From: Candidatus Cloacimonadales bacterium
GTDB taxonomy: Bacteria > Cloacimonadota > Cloacimonadia > Cloacimonadales > JAIOQZ01
Reading direction: 5' to 3'
NCBI GenBank assembly: GCA_963674825.1
Contig: OY771587.1
Location: 3,040,001-3,104,000 of the forward strand
Length of the DNA: 64,000 nucleotides
Each line of letters opens with the position of its first letter. The stretch's first letter is position 1. The position numbers and the translations under genes were made by a program. The notes beneath the pieces are model-generated. The model was not told the origin of the DNA, did no database searches, and saw nothing but the letters and a program-made list of their open reading frames with translations. Shown here piece by piece: positions 1 through 10,725 of this stretch.

Positions 1-854
<854 letters not shown>

Positions 855-879
855 TATGCGGTAAATTACCAATCAATAT

Positions 880-910
880 GGGACGGCTCTTGGCTGTCCC
901 TTTTGTTTTG
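880..910 (+). terminator. Intrinsic terminator after gap
   Basis: GGGACGGC-loop-GCTGTCCC followed by TTTTGTTTT. Confidence 0.8.
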
Positions 911-1119
911 CAAGTTGGTGCAATGTTAATAAATCGGCGTTCTATAATGAGCCGTATTTTGCTTAAAATCAAGCCTCTATTGCAATGTATGGAACGGCCG
1001 TTGCTCTTTTTCATTGAAAATCCTTTGACAAAAAGGTTTTGATGTGCCTTTACTGGCAGTATACGAAGATGTGTTTAATAGGTATGCAGATGTATGCTTA
1101 CAATCAAAGAGGAGGAATT

Positions 1120-3939
1120 ATGAAAAGAACGTTCGTTCTTGTGTTCGCACTGCTTTTCGCAAGTTTCCTTTTAGCAGGTCCGACACCGGTCAAAGGTTCT
1201 GTCACAACACAGGCTGTTGAACAGACTCGCGATGACGTGATCTACTGGACGGAAGACTTTGAAACCGGCCTCAACGGCTGGACGGGTGTTGACGAAACTG
1301 CACCCGCAGAAGAATGGCATCTTTCCACGGAAGGCGCTTATGATGGCAACTCCTGGTGGATGGGTGACGAATCGATCGGTGGCTACACCAACCACCGCTA
1401 TATCGTACTCGATACACCGATGCTTACCATGCCTGCTGCTAACCCGCAAATGACTTTCATGATGCACTACAACATGGAAGGTGTTGGCGGAACCGGCGAC
1501 TATGACGCATGGGACGGCTTCAACGTACGCGTTTCTACCGATGGCACAACCTGGACCCCGATCGCTGGTTCACCGGCTTATGACGCTGACAGCTTCTACA
1601 GCTTCGGTAACGAATTCAACGAAGGTCCTAATGTTCCCGGTTACGGTGGAACCAATGACGGTTGGGAAGAATACACATTCGACCTTTCCACTTATGCTGG
1701 ACAATCAATCGCGATTCGTTTCGCGTTTGCTTCAGATCCCGCTGCATGTACCGATGACGGTGATGGCGACGAATCCTGGTTTGGCGTACGTCTTGACGAC
1801 ATCAATATCGCTGACGTCCTCGTTTCCGATGGCGACGGCGCTGCTGGCGACGACCAGCTGATCCCCGGCACACTCAACGATGTTGCTGGCGACTACTGGG
1901 CAATCAGCACCGAGAACTACTACAGTGGCGAACAGTCAGCTCACTGCGCCGTTGAACACGGTCAGCTTGACGCGCTGATTTCTCCGCTGATCTCCGTCCC
2001 CGATCTTCCTGAAGTTTACTTCAGCTACTACGCTTTCTGCGAAATGATCGACTCCGACGGTAACGAAGACAACTCACTCGAAGACTACTATCTCGTGTAT
2101 GTGAAGGCCGAAGGCGAAACCGCCTGGACCCGTCTGCACTACCTGTTTACCGGCCCGGATAGCGGTGGTCTTTCCGCTGACTGGACCAATGTCAATCAGG
2201 CATGGGCTCTTGAAAACCTCACCTGGCAAACTGACGCAACTTGCGACATCACCGAATTCGCTGGCATGGACGTTCAGTTTAAATTCCAGGTAAAGACAGA
2301 CGACAACGACGACGGCGGTATCGGCGACGGTCTGTTCATCGACGATGTCAACATTTACGCCCCCGTCTTCCTTCCCTCGCCAACCGAGCTTACCGCTGAA
2401 GACAACGGCGAAAACCAGATCGAACTGAACTGGCTTAACCCGATGGCTTCCGGCGAACCTGGCTGGCTCCACTGGGATGATGGCGAGAACGATGATGGTA
2501 TCGGCCTCAACTCCGCTGCTATCCTGGACGCAGCTGCTCGCTTCACCGCTAGCGATCTGCTTCCTTACACCGAATTCCTTATCACCAACATCAAGTTCTT
2601 CCCGAGAGAAGCTGATTGTACTTATACACTCAAGATCTGGGACACCGGTGCAACCGAACTCTACTCTCAGGAACTTACAAGCGTCACCAACGAAGCCTGG
2701 AACGATATCGAGCTCGATACACCGTATGAAATCCAGCTTGGCGACGAACTCTGGATCGGTTACCGCGCTGACACCAACGCTGGTTTCCCGATCGGTTGCG
2801 ATGCCGGCCCGGCTGTTCGCAACACCTCTTACATCCGTATGAACAACGGCGCATGGACCGAGCTGTATGAAGCAGGTGAGAATCCGCTTGATTACAACTG
2901 GAACATCCAGGCGTATGTCGATACTCAGGGTGGAACCCGCAACCCGATGCCGCTTCTTAGCCGCAACATCACCGGTTACAAGGTCTTCCGTGCAACCGAA
3001 GCTGGTGGCTTTGACTTCAGCAATCCGATCGTGGAAATCACTGATCCTGAAATCACAACTTACATCGACGAAAGTCCTGAATTCTTCGCAGTGAACTACT
3101 ACACCGTAGTAGCTACCTATGATGATGGCGATTCTCAGCCTTCCAACGAAGCCAGCGTCTACGTTATGGACCCGATGGGTGCAGAACTTATGTACGACGA
3201 CGGCGAAGCCGACGACGACTACACACCGTCACCTGGCCAGCAGATGGCTGTTAAATTCACCCCTTACATCAACCCGAATGTTGATCACATCCTTATCAAG
3301 CAGATGAAAGTCTGGGTCGAAGACCTCGGTTCATCAAACGCTGTTGTGAAGATTTGGGCGGATGACGGTGAAAACGGAATGCCCGGTACCGAACTGGATG
3401 CATTCGTTCTCGCAACCAGCCAGCTTACTGCAGGTTGGAACATCATCAACCTTTCCGAAGATATCGAATTCAATGGCAATTCGTTCTACATGGGCTTCAT
3501 GGGATCACCAAGCTGCCCGACCTACGGCGCTGACGACAGCACCTCTGGCTATAGCTACACCGGTGACACTTCCGGTACCTGGACTGGCTGGAACAACGGT
3601 AGCTTCATGGTCCGCGCGATCGTCAACCGCATGACCGGAACCGACGAAGAACTGATCCCGACATACGAACTCAGTGCTTCGAACTATCCGAACCCGTTCA
3701 ACCCGACAACGACCATTCGTTACAACGTTCCCACTGAAGGCAAAGTGACTGTCAAGGTGTTCAACACCCGCGGTCAGCTTGTCAACACGCTGGTTAACGA
3801 TGTTGTTGACGCTGGCCAGCACGATGTTGTATGGCACGGCGAAAACAGCCAGGGTAAGAACGTCTCCAGCGGTATCTACATGTACAAAGTAGAGGCTGGT
3901 GGAAAGAGTGTCATGCAGAAGATGCTGCTTCTGAAATAG
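1120..3939 (+). CDS. Secreted acidic multidomain surface protein (MAM/cleaved-adhesin-like beta-sandwiches, FN3-like segments) with C-terminal FlgD-Ig/T9SS-like sorting domain
   Basis: GGAGG RBS before ATG 1120; signal peptide MKRTFVLVF...; EDFE.G..GW and IDDV motifs; C-terminal NYPNPFNPTTTIRY...SSGIY...KMLLLK. Confidence 0.85.
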   Translation: MKRTFVLVFALLFASFLLAGPTPVKGSVTTQAVEQTRDDVIYWTEDFETGLNGWTGVDETAPAEEWHLSTEGAYDGNSWWMGDESIGGYTNHRYIVLDTPMLTMPAANPQMTFMMHYNMEGVGGTGDYDAWDGFNVRVSTDGTTWTPIAGSPAYDADSFYSFGNEFNEGPNVPGYGGTNDGWEEYTFDLSTYAGQSIAIRFAFASDPAACTDDGDGDESWFGVRLDDINIADVLVSDGDGAAGDDQLIPGTLNDVAGDYWAISTENYYSGEQSAHCAVEHGQLDALISPLISVPDLPEVYFSYYAFCEMIDSDGNEDNSLEDYYLVYVKAEGETAWTRLHYLFTGPDSGGLSADWTNVNQAWALENLTWQTDATCDITEFAGMDVQFKFQVKTDDNDDGGIGDGLFIDDVNIYAPVFLPSPTELTAEDNGENQIELNWLNPMASGEPGWLHWDDGENDDGIGLNSAAILDAAARFTASDLLPYTEFLITNIKFFPREADCTYTLKIWDTGATELYSQELTSVTNEAWNDIELDTPYEIQLGDELWIGYRADTNAGFPIGCDAGPAVRNTSYIRMNNGAWTELYEAGENPLDYNWNIQAYVDTQGGTRNPMPLLSRNITGYKVFRATEAGGFDFSNPIVEITDPEITTYIDESPEFFAVNYYTVVATYDDGDSQPSNEASVYVMDPMGAELMYDDGEADDDYTPSPGQQMAVKFTPYINPNVDHILIKQMKVWVEDLGSSNAVVKIWADDGENGMPGTELDAFVLATSQLTAGWNIINLSEDIEFNGNSFYMGFMGSPSCPTYGADDSTSGYSYTGDTSGTWTGWNNGSFMVRAIVNRMTGTDEELIPTYELSASNYPNPFNPTTTIRYNVPTEGKVTVKVFNTRGQLVNTLVNDVVDAGQHDVVWHGENSQGKNVSSGIYMYKVEAGGKSVMQKMLLLK

Positions 3940-3959
3940 TACACTGTACTACATAATAC

Positions 3960-3996
3960 AAACCCCTCTTCTTCGTGGAGAGGGGTTTTTCTTTTT
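3960..3996 (+). terminator. Intrinsic terminator
   Basis: AAACCCCTCT...AGAGGGGTTT followed by a T-rich tract. Confidence 0.85.
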
Positions 3997-4020
3997 CTGT
4001 TTGACCGTGCACATTTCCCC

Positions 4021-4196
4021 CTGGGTACGCAGAGCTCCAGCTCTGCATCTCTTCTCTCCAACAATCATTATAAACTGTGAAATCAATATTCGGAAGAGCA
4101 TCACTGCGTTCGACACCTTCGGAAGATGATTTCATGGTAGCGTCAGACTTTCTGGGCAATAAAAAAAGCTGGAGCATGAACCCCAGCCTTGGCATG
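4021..4196. repeat. Composite REP-like dispersed repeat, copy A
   Basis: Palindrome GCAGAGCT-CC-AGCTCTGC and a ~55-nt hairpin module, both shared with 54575-54728. Confidence 0.8.
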
Positions 4197-4214
4197 AAAA
4201 ATTTGTGTAGCGGG

Positions 4215-5150
4215 TTATTCGCTAAACTCTTCCTCTTCCGCGCCGAACATCCGTTTGACCGAGCTACCGACGTTTTTGACGGCGTCCCATGTCTTCTTGC
4301 CGCTCATCACGATCAGATCCTTATAGATACGCTGTGTGACATCGGAGAGGATGTTGTGGGTGGTGCTGGCAATGGTCTGAACCGCAGGAAGCAGGTCGCT
4401 TTCCTTCTGAATGAAAAGCATGGTGCAGTAGCGCTCGGTGATCAGCGAGATGCGCGTAAGGAGAGCCGCATTGACCATCCCGTCTGCAAGCGAGCTGAGC
4501 ATAATGTTCGCTCCGGGGAGTTTCCGCATGCCGTCGGTGGCGTAGCGCGAAAAGAGCTCTGTGATGAAGTATTCAACGCCTTCAGAGCCGGCAATCATCG
4601 TAGAAAGCATGACAAGTCTTCCGATAGACCACAAATCGCGATTGGATACCCGTCCATGATAGAGTTTGAAGAACTCGCGCACCATATTGATGCTGGCTGT
4701 TAGCATCAGGAATGCGTCGATGAAGCCATTTTGAGAAAGGGTTGTGCTGTAGAACAATGACGTTACGTACCGCTTACGGATTCGCGCGCCTTCCTTCTTA
4801 AGCTCCTTCAACACAAGATTGTAGCCGTCTTCGTCGTTTGTAATAACCGAAAAATCGAAGCGCTGCTCGATAAGATACTTGTTTTCGCGGAACCGGGTCA
4901 ATCGCTTTTCGACCAGAATGGGAACGCGTGAGCGATCTTTCGCCGGCGGTTCATTGGGGCGCAGCAACAGCACCTTAATCAGCGGTATGGCTACGAAATA
5001 GACAAACGCCGCGGCCAGCAGGATGAGAAATCCATATCCCGCCCACGGATGCATCAGATAGAGCGATGTATAAAGCTGCAGGAATTCCTTGATCACGAAG
5101 TAGATCAGGAACATGGAGAAAAAGAATAGGATGCGCTGGATGGTTTTCAT
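4215..5150 (-). CDS. YcjF/DUF697-like membrane protein
   Basis: Two N-terminal TM helices; SQNGFID...LYHGR and DGMVNAALLTRI motifs. Confidence 0.7.
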   Translation of the reverse strand: MKTIQRILFFFSMFLIYFVIKEFLQLYTSLYLMHPWAGYGFLILLAAAFVYFVAIPLIKVLLLRPNEPPAKDRSRVPILVEKRLTRFRENKYLIEQRFDFSVITNDEDGYNLVLKELKKEGARIRKRYVTSLFYSTTLSQNGFIDAFLMLTASINMVREFFKLYHGRVSNRDLWSIGRLVMLSTMIAGSEGVEYFITELFSRYATDGMRKLPGANIMLSSLADGMVNAALLTRISLITERYCTMLFIQKESDLLPAVQTIASTTHNILSDVTQRIYKDLIVMSGKKTWDAVKNVGSSVKRMFGAEEEEFSE

Positions 5151-5163
5151 AGCTCCTCCCGTG

Positions 5164-5739
5164 TCATTCGGGTAGTATCGGCGTTTTCGAAACGAGTCCG
5201 GCAGCGTCGAACGAAATATAAACCTTCTGCGAGAAGTCCCACTGGTAAATCCAGAGGTTTTTCTCGGGGATTTCGAAGCGAGAATTGAGCGGATACCCCA
5301 GGGTGCGGATCACGGCCTCTTTGCTCATGCCCTGCAAGACTTTGCCCTGTCCTATGTTCGTGCGCTCTGCGTCGGTGAGGCCACCGGTTAACTCGTTGTA
5401 AGTATGCGATGTGAACATACGATGCAGCAGGTCCTCGGTCTGGAGGTCTCTGTCTTCGTCGCGATCGATGATGACGGTGAAAAACTTACCTCGTACCTGG
5501 AAGGTAACAGTTGGGTTGCTGGTCGAGCTGAGTTCGTCAATCACATCGAGCTTGTCGATGCGTGTTCCGGCCGGTATGAAGCGGCCTTCGATACGATTGA
5601 GAGAGGAAATATGCTCGGGATCGGTGTACCATAGGTTATGCGCCAGATACCATGTTTTTGTTCTATCCAGCTCGAAATCCTTACAAAACATTGTTGCGCT
5701 GATGATGGCGAGTATGGCGATAAAAAAAAGTTTCTTCAT
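5164..5739 (-). CDS. Exported protein with C-terminal SmpA/OmlA (BamE)-like domain
   Basis: Signal peptide MKKLFFIAIL; GMSKEAV..TLGYP...W.Y motif. Confidence 0.65.
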   Translation of the reverse strand: MKKLFFIAILAIISATMFCKDFELDRTKTWYLAHNLWYTDPEHISSLNRIEGRFIPAGTRIDKLDVIDELSSTSNPTVTFQVRGKFFTVIIDRDEDRDLQTEDLLHRMFTSHTYNELTGGLTDAERTNIGQGKVLQGMSKEAVIRTLGYPLNSRFEIPEKNLWIYQWDFSQKVYISFDAAGLVSKTPILPE

Positions 5740-5752
5740 CGGAACATCCTTA

Positions 5753-7471
5753 TCACTTGGTTTGCACAAAACCGCGAATCGCGGGAGCGAAGACGCTCTG
5801 ATCGTGCCCGGTCAGGAACATAATGGCGATATCTTTGCGTTTCTGGGCATCTTGGGTGAGTTCCAACCGCCGCAATTCGGCATAACCGGCTGCGATTTCG
5901 TCGGTGTAATCCCTCTCAAGCAATGTCATGGCAGCACCCGTCTTGCCGCTTAGGATCGCCCATTCGGCTGCCTGGATGAGGAATGTCTCATTTTGTGTGT
6001 GCTCGTAAAGCGTCTGAAGCTTCTCGAGCGCGGTATCGAAGCGATAGAGGTTGAAGGCGCGATAGGCGTCGAAGAACAGGTTGCGGTCTTCGCCTTCCAG
6101 TTTCTGCGTAAGTTGCGATAGCATGAGCGCATCGTTGACGTTCTCCTGCCCGGCGTCTCGAATGATCATTATATTGAGCAGGGTGTCAGCATTGGCATCG
6201 CCTTGTAGTAGATACGAGAGATAGCGATAATAGAAGCTCATGGTTTCAGCATCGGAGCCTTCCTTCTGACCACGAAGCGTTTCCTGAATCTTCCGGTCGG
6301 CCTGGTCGTACTGCTCGTTCATAAGGTACAGGTGTGCGATCTCGAACTGCAAGCGATTCTTCTCACGTTGATTCGAGGTGAATTGCTCCGCTTCATTGAG
6401 GTAATCAATGATTGTTTCCGCCGGTTGCTGCCGGATCAATGCGATATCGGCCAGCAATTCGCGACTAAGCTGATTCGCGCCGATGCGATATCGTCCTGCG
6501 CCGCGTTGCAGCACCTGATTAGCTCGAATCTCCTGCAGGATGTTCTCCGCAACACTGAGACTATCGCGTGCGATTGCGATTTTTGCAAGCATGATGCTCG
6601 CGTCAGCTTTCATGAAGATGTCATCAGTTTTATCGATAAATGTGTTATAGGCACGCTGTGCAAGTTCGAGGTCACCTGCTGCCAAACGCTCGTTAGCAAA
6701 TTGCTGGAGCTTGTCCGGCGCAAGGTCGCTGTAGATGGCAAACGCCTGATCCAGCTCGCCGATCTCCACCAGCGATTGGGCGTAGAGCTCGATCAGGAGA
6801 GGGTTTCCGCTGTCGATAGTATTCCTGCGGATGATGGAGACAACATCCGGCTTCTCCATGATCATGTCCTTGAGCTTGCGATTGACGTAGTGGAAATAGC
6901 CCGGATTTTCTTCGAGCTGCGTAACGAGCTCCGGTATTGCTTCTTCATACTGTCCATTGGCCTGATAGACTCTCGCCAGTTCCAGGTGCATCGCGGATTC
7001 GGTTCCTGCTGCATCACGCGCCAGAAGCAGGTAACGAATCGCGTTGTCGTAGTCGCGATATGCTTCAAAAACTGTTGCCAACTCACTGAGAAGCAACATA
7101 TCTTCGGGTGACTCTTTCGCTTGGGTCTCAGCATACTTGCTCGCACGCTTGAAGTCGTTGTCACGCAATATGATGGAAAGCTTGTTACGCACATACTTCG
7201 GCTTCTCGAGAGCGCTGCCATACTGCTCCAGAACGGCTTCCGCTTCTTCGGTTTTCGATTGCAGAAGCAGGTTACGAATCAGATTCTCAACTGCCGGTGC
7301 GTGATCGGGGTTTTCCTTCAGGAGCTCCCGGTACATCTGGTTAGCGTCGTCGTATTGTCTTCTGAGCTCGAAGCTGCGAGCCCGTTGCATGTAGATTTTG
7401 GTTACGTCGTACTGCGCCAGCAACGTCGAGGCGATCAGCAGGGTGAGCGTAATCAGTATCAATCGTTTCAC
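5753..7471 (-). CDS. Exported tetratricopeptide-repeat protein
   Basis: Signal peptide; repeated A..Y...G.Y.EA helical pairs; GTG start overlapping the upstream stop. Confidence 0.8.
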   Translation of the reverse strand: MKRLILITLTLLIASTLLAQYDVTKIYMQRARSFELRRQYDDANQMYRELLKENPDHAPAVENLIRNLLLQSKTEEAEAVLEQYGSALEKPKYVRNKLSIILRDNDFKRASKYAETQAKESPEDMLLLSELATVFEAYRDYDNAIRYLLLARDAAGTESAMHLELARVYQANGQYEEAIPELVTQLEENPGYFHYVNRKLKDMIMEKPDVVSIIRRNTIDSGNPLLIELYAQSLVEIGELDQAFAIYSDLAPDKLQQFANERLAAGDLELAQRAYNTFIDKTDDIFMKADASIMLAKIAIARDSLSVAENILQEIRANQVLQRGAGRYRIGANQLSRELLADIALIRQQPAETIIDYLNEAEQFTSNQREKNRLQFEIAHLYLMNEQYDQADRKIQETLRGQKEGSDAETMSFYYRYLSYLLQGDANADTLLNIMIIRDAGQENVNDALMLSQLTQKLEGEDRNLFFDAYRAFNLYRFDTALEKLQTLYEHTQNETFLIQAAEWAILSGKTGAAMTLLERDYTDEIAAGYAELRRLELTQDAQKRKDIAIMFLTGHDQSVFAPAIRGFVQTK

Positions 7472-10400
7472 TCTTCACCTCCACTGCTTTCATTCAGCCG
7501 CCTGAGATATTCCAGGATGACATCCTGATACTCACGCGGATATTCTTTGTAGTCCTCTTGCAAGAGTGCGCGACGCCGGATTTCTTCGAACCGCAAACGG
7601 AGGTCTTCAGGCAGTTCCCAATCCTTCTCCTTGCCGGTTTCGGCTTTGCGCTTCTTGGAAAACTCGCGATCGTGAATCGATTTCTGCGCTTCCAGCATGC
7701 GGGAGAGAATTCGCTGCTGACGATCAATCAACTCCTGATCCAGCTTGTTATAGCGCATATCTTTGGCGATCTCTTCCAGTTGCTGTGCGGCGTCCTCAAG
7801 ACCGGATCCACCCTTGAGCGCATCGGGATTGTTCTGGAGCATGCGGCGCATGTTTTCAGCCAGCCGGGCTTCGTCTTCGCCCATACGGCTGAGCTGGGAG
7901 CGTCCTTCGCCGGAGAGCTGGCCTTGCGAGAGCATCTGCTGCATGAGCTGCTGCGTGAGAGAATTGAGCATCATCTGTTCACCGCTCATCTGTTGAAGTT
8001 GTTGCATCATGCTCTGCATACCACCTCCCTGGCCCTGAGACATCGACGAGGAAGATTGCATCAGATCGTAAATCATCAGGTTGATGCCTTCCTGGATTCC
8101 AGTTAGGTTTTCGCGGATGGTGCGGCCAGGAGAATCATTGACAGAGGTGAACATCGCCTGGTAGCGCTTCATCGTCATGGAGGCGTCGGAGAAAAACTTG
8201 GGGTGCAGATAGAGCACGACCATCGGTACGGAGTAGAGCTTTTGCAGGGTGATCTGGATGCCTTCGAAATTGGCGAGCTGACGGTCGATAATCTCGAACG
8301 GGTCCCGGATGTAGCGCTGTGCGGAGCGTTCCTGCATCTGCGAGAAGAGGAGCAATCGCGTGATGCTTTCCTGGATTATATTACCGATGTCTGCCTGCAT
8401 GCCACCCGACATCATCGATTGCATCTGCTTGAGCTTATCGAGCATCGACTGCATTTTACCTTGAGCGCTTTGCTGATTTTGTTGTGCCTGCTGCATCTTG
8501 TTCTGCTGGAGATTCTCGGAGCTTTCCTGAATATCCTGAGAGAGGCTATCCTGCTTCATTTGCTCCTTGAGCTGCTCCATCATCTTTTTGAGCTCGCTGT
8601 CAGACTTCTCATCCAGCATGCTGTTTGTATTTTCAAGCTGCTCCTGGAGGTTTTCCAGCTTCTCACCGATCTGCTGCTGCTCTTTGCTCAGCTCTTGTGG
8701 CGATTCGCCACCTTCTTTGGTGCGCTCGTTTAAATCCTTCTGCATCTCGAGCATCTCTTCGGCGATCTCGGATGATTTCTGCAAGGCTTGTTCCTTCTTG
8801 ATGTCCTCAAGCAGGTCGATGGTCTGATCCAGCTTTTGCATGAATTCTTCCATGGAGAATTTCATTTCTTCCATCGCCTTCTGGACGTCTTCCATCTTCA
8901 TGTCTTTCATGGCGTCCTGCATCTTCTGCATGGCTTCTTGAAGCTGCTCGTTGTTGATCTGCTCCATTAGCTGCTGGATGCGATCCATCTTTTCGAGCGT
9001 TTCCTGAGAAAGGGCTTCGTTGCGGTTGAACTTCTCCGCAAGCTCCTTGTATTCTTTCGCGACATCCTCGACCTGCTTGTTGAGATCTTCCTGTCGCTTC
9101 ATCATCTCTTCCAGCGACTTCTGGTCTTCCCAGTCCGCTTCCTCTTTCTTCATCAGCTCGCGGCGTTTCTCCTCGAACTCCTTGGAGAGATCCTTCGCCT
9201 TTTCCAGGGTATTCTCCAGCTCTTCGCGCTTGGCCTCTTCCTGCGCTTCGATCTCCTCGTATATCTCTTCGATAGACGGGAATCGCACAGTGTAGCGCTC
9301 GCTTACGCCCACATTTTTCTGCGGCGAGAAGTCGGTAAGTTCGACCCAATACACCACCCGGTCACCGGGCAGCAGCTTCAGCGGCGAGAGATCGAAGGTC
9401 GTTTCGTAGTCCAGAAGCTTGGTGCCGATGGCGGAGCGGAGGTCGATGGTCGCTTCGCCGGAGCTGTTGAGGTCGTAGTGCAGGCTGAGGTGGTTCAGCC
9501 CAAAGTCGTCCGCTCCGAGGATGTGTAGCGGCAGGAGGTGGTTCTGGGTCAGGATCGTGTCTCGTCCCGGGTAGGCGATGCGTACTTCAGGGATCTTGTC
9601 GTCGAGCGCGGTGATGCCCTTTACCAGCCGGTTCGATTCGTTGTCGAGAAGGTCGATCATCTTGAAGTAGTAGCTGCCGTTATCATCGATGGGGATGTTC
9701 ACGGAGAATGCGGTGCGTCCCTGACGAGTCATTTCTCCAGTGGTGCCGTCGTTCATCACGATACGGGCGGCTTTTATAGGATTGTTGGTTTCCACACTAA
9801 GGCCGGCGACGGTACCGCGAATAGCCTTCAGGTTGCCGTCCGTGTTGAGGTAGGTCTCCGGCTTCATGCCGGTGTATTCGGGAAAATCATAACGGACGTC
9901 GATGCGCGTAACGGCTGGGAGCTCGAAAACCTCCACGTTGAAGGTGTCGGACACGGCCCAGGGATTTTTAACAAAGTAGCGGAAGCTCTGCTCGGTGTTG
10001 GTGAACTTCTTGCGGCTCTCGATCATGGGCGTTTCGCGCCAGATATCGCCGAGGGTGTAGGCCAGCGTGTATTCCACCTGCGGTTCGGGATCCACCACTT
10101 CTATTTCGATGGCGTCGTTGCGCAGGATGGTCTTGTCGCCGGGCAGGACATCGATGTGCGTCTTGTGCTGAACATGCGGATATTCCTTCATCTGAAAGGC
10201 TCGCCAGCTCGTCTTGAAGGCTTTTGGACTGATGAAGATGGCGGTGAGTGTAACGGCCAAGATCATCAGGGAAGGCAGTAGGATGCGTTTGAGATTAGCG
10301 GTTTCGGGTTCGATTACCTGATTGCGTGCCTTCTCGTCCGCGAGGTCGTAAACCCTTTCCAGGAGAGGGTTATCCTGCTTCTGTTGCTTCAGCTCACAGG

Positions 10401-10725
10401 CGTTCTGATAGGTGTCGGATTCATCCTGGTTGTAACGGTCGAGCTGCCGGGCCGCCTGAAAGTTGTCCAGCAGGCTTTTCCAGGCCTGCATGGCGATGTA
10501 GATGAGGAGCAGCGCCAGCAGGATGCGGATGCCCAGCGCCATCAGGAACATTGCGCGCAACTCGTGAATGAGGCCGCCGCGCATGAGAATGACTTGATAG
10601 CTGCCGTGGAAGAGGCTGAACAGAACGAGCACGACCAATGCCGCCAGGATCACGTAGTAGGTGATGCCGATCAGGTTCTGTTTGCGCTTCAGCGCGTCGA
10701 TCTTCCGTTGGAATTCGCGTTCCAT
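7468..10725 (-). CDS. DUF4175-like membrane-anchored protein with Ig-like domains and a long Q/E/M-rich coiled coil
   Basis: 3 TM segments; PEYTG and ADDFGL motifs; C-terminal YP..Y...I..Y. Confidence 0.8.
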   Translation of the reverse strand: MEREFQRKIDALKRKQNLIGITYYVILAALVVLVLFSLFHGSYQVILMRGGLIHELRAMFLMALGIRILLALLLIYIAMQAWKSLLDNFQAARQLDRYNQDESDTYQNACELKQQKQDNPLLERVYDLADEKARNQVIEPETANLKRILLPSLMILAVTLTAIFISPKAFKTSWRAFQMKEYPHVQHKTHIDVLPGDKTILRNDAIEIEVVDPEPQVEYTLAYTLGDIWRETPMIESRKKFTNTEQSFRYFVKNPWAVSDTFNVEVFELPAVTRIDVRYDFPEYTGMKPETYLNTDGNLKAIRGTVAGLSVETNNPIKAARIVMNDGTTGEMTRQGRTAFSVNIPIDDNGSYYFKMIDLLDNESNRLVKGITALDDKIPEVRIAYPGRDTILTQNHLLPLHILGADDFGLNHLSLHYDLNSSGEATIDLRSAIGTKLLDYETTFDLSPLKLLPGDRVVYWVELTDFSPQKNVGVSERYTVRFPSIEEIYEEIEAQEEAKREELENTLEKAKDLSKEFEEKRRELMKKEEADWEDQKSLEEMMKRQEDLNKQVEDVAKEYKELAEKFNRNEALSQETLEKMDRIQQLMEQINNEQLQEAMQKMQDAMKDMKMEDVQKAMEEMKFSMEEFMQKLDQTIDLLEDIKKEQALQKSSEIAEEMLEMQKDLNERTKEGGESPQELSKEQQQIGEKLENLQEQLENTNSMLDEKSDSELKKMMEQLKEQMKQDSLSQDIQESSENLQQNKMQQAQQNQQSAQGKMQSMLDKLKQMQSMMSGGMQADIGNIIQESITRLLLFSQMQERSAQRYIRDPFEIIDRQLANFEGIQITLQKLYSVPMVVLYLHPKFFSDASMTMKRYQAMFTSVNDSPGRTIRENLTGIQEGINLMIYDLMQSSSSMSQGQGGGMQSMMQQLQQMSGEQMMLNSLTQQLMQQMLSQGQLSGEGRSQLSRMGEDEARLAENMRRMLQNNPDALKGGSGLEDAAQQLEEIAKDMRYNKLDQELIDRQQRILSRMLEAQKSIHDREFSKKRKAETGKEKDWELPEDLRLRFEEIRRRALLQEDYKEYPREYQDVILEYLRRLNESSGGEE

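Noticed and set aside
4021..4196. CRISPR array or DGR template/variable repeat
   Set aside because: No regular repeat-spacer periodicity, no cas or reverse transcriptase gene, and the differences between copies are not adenine-specific
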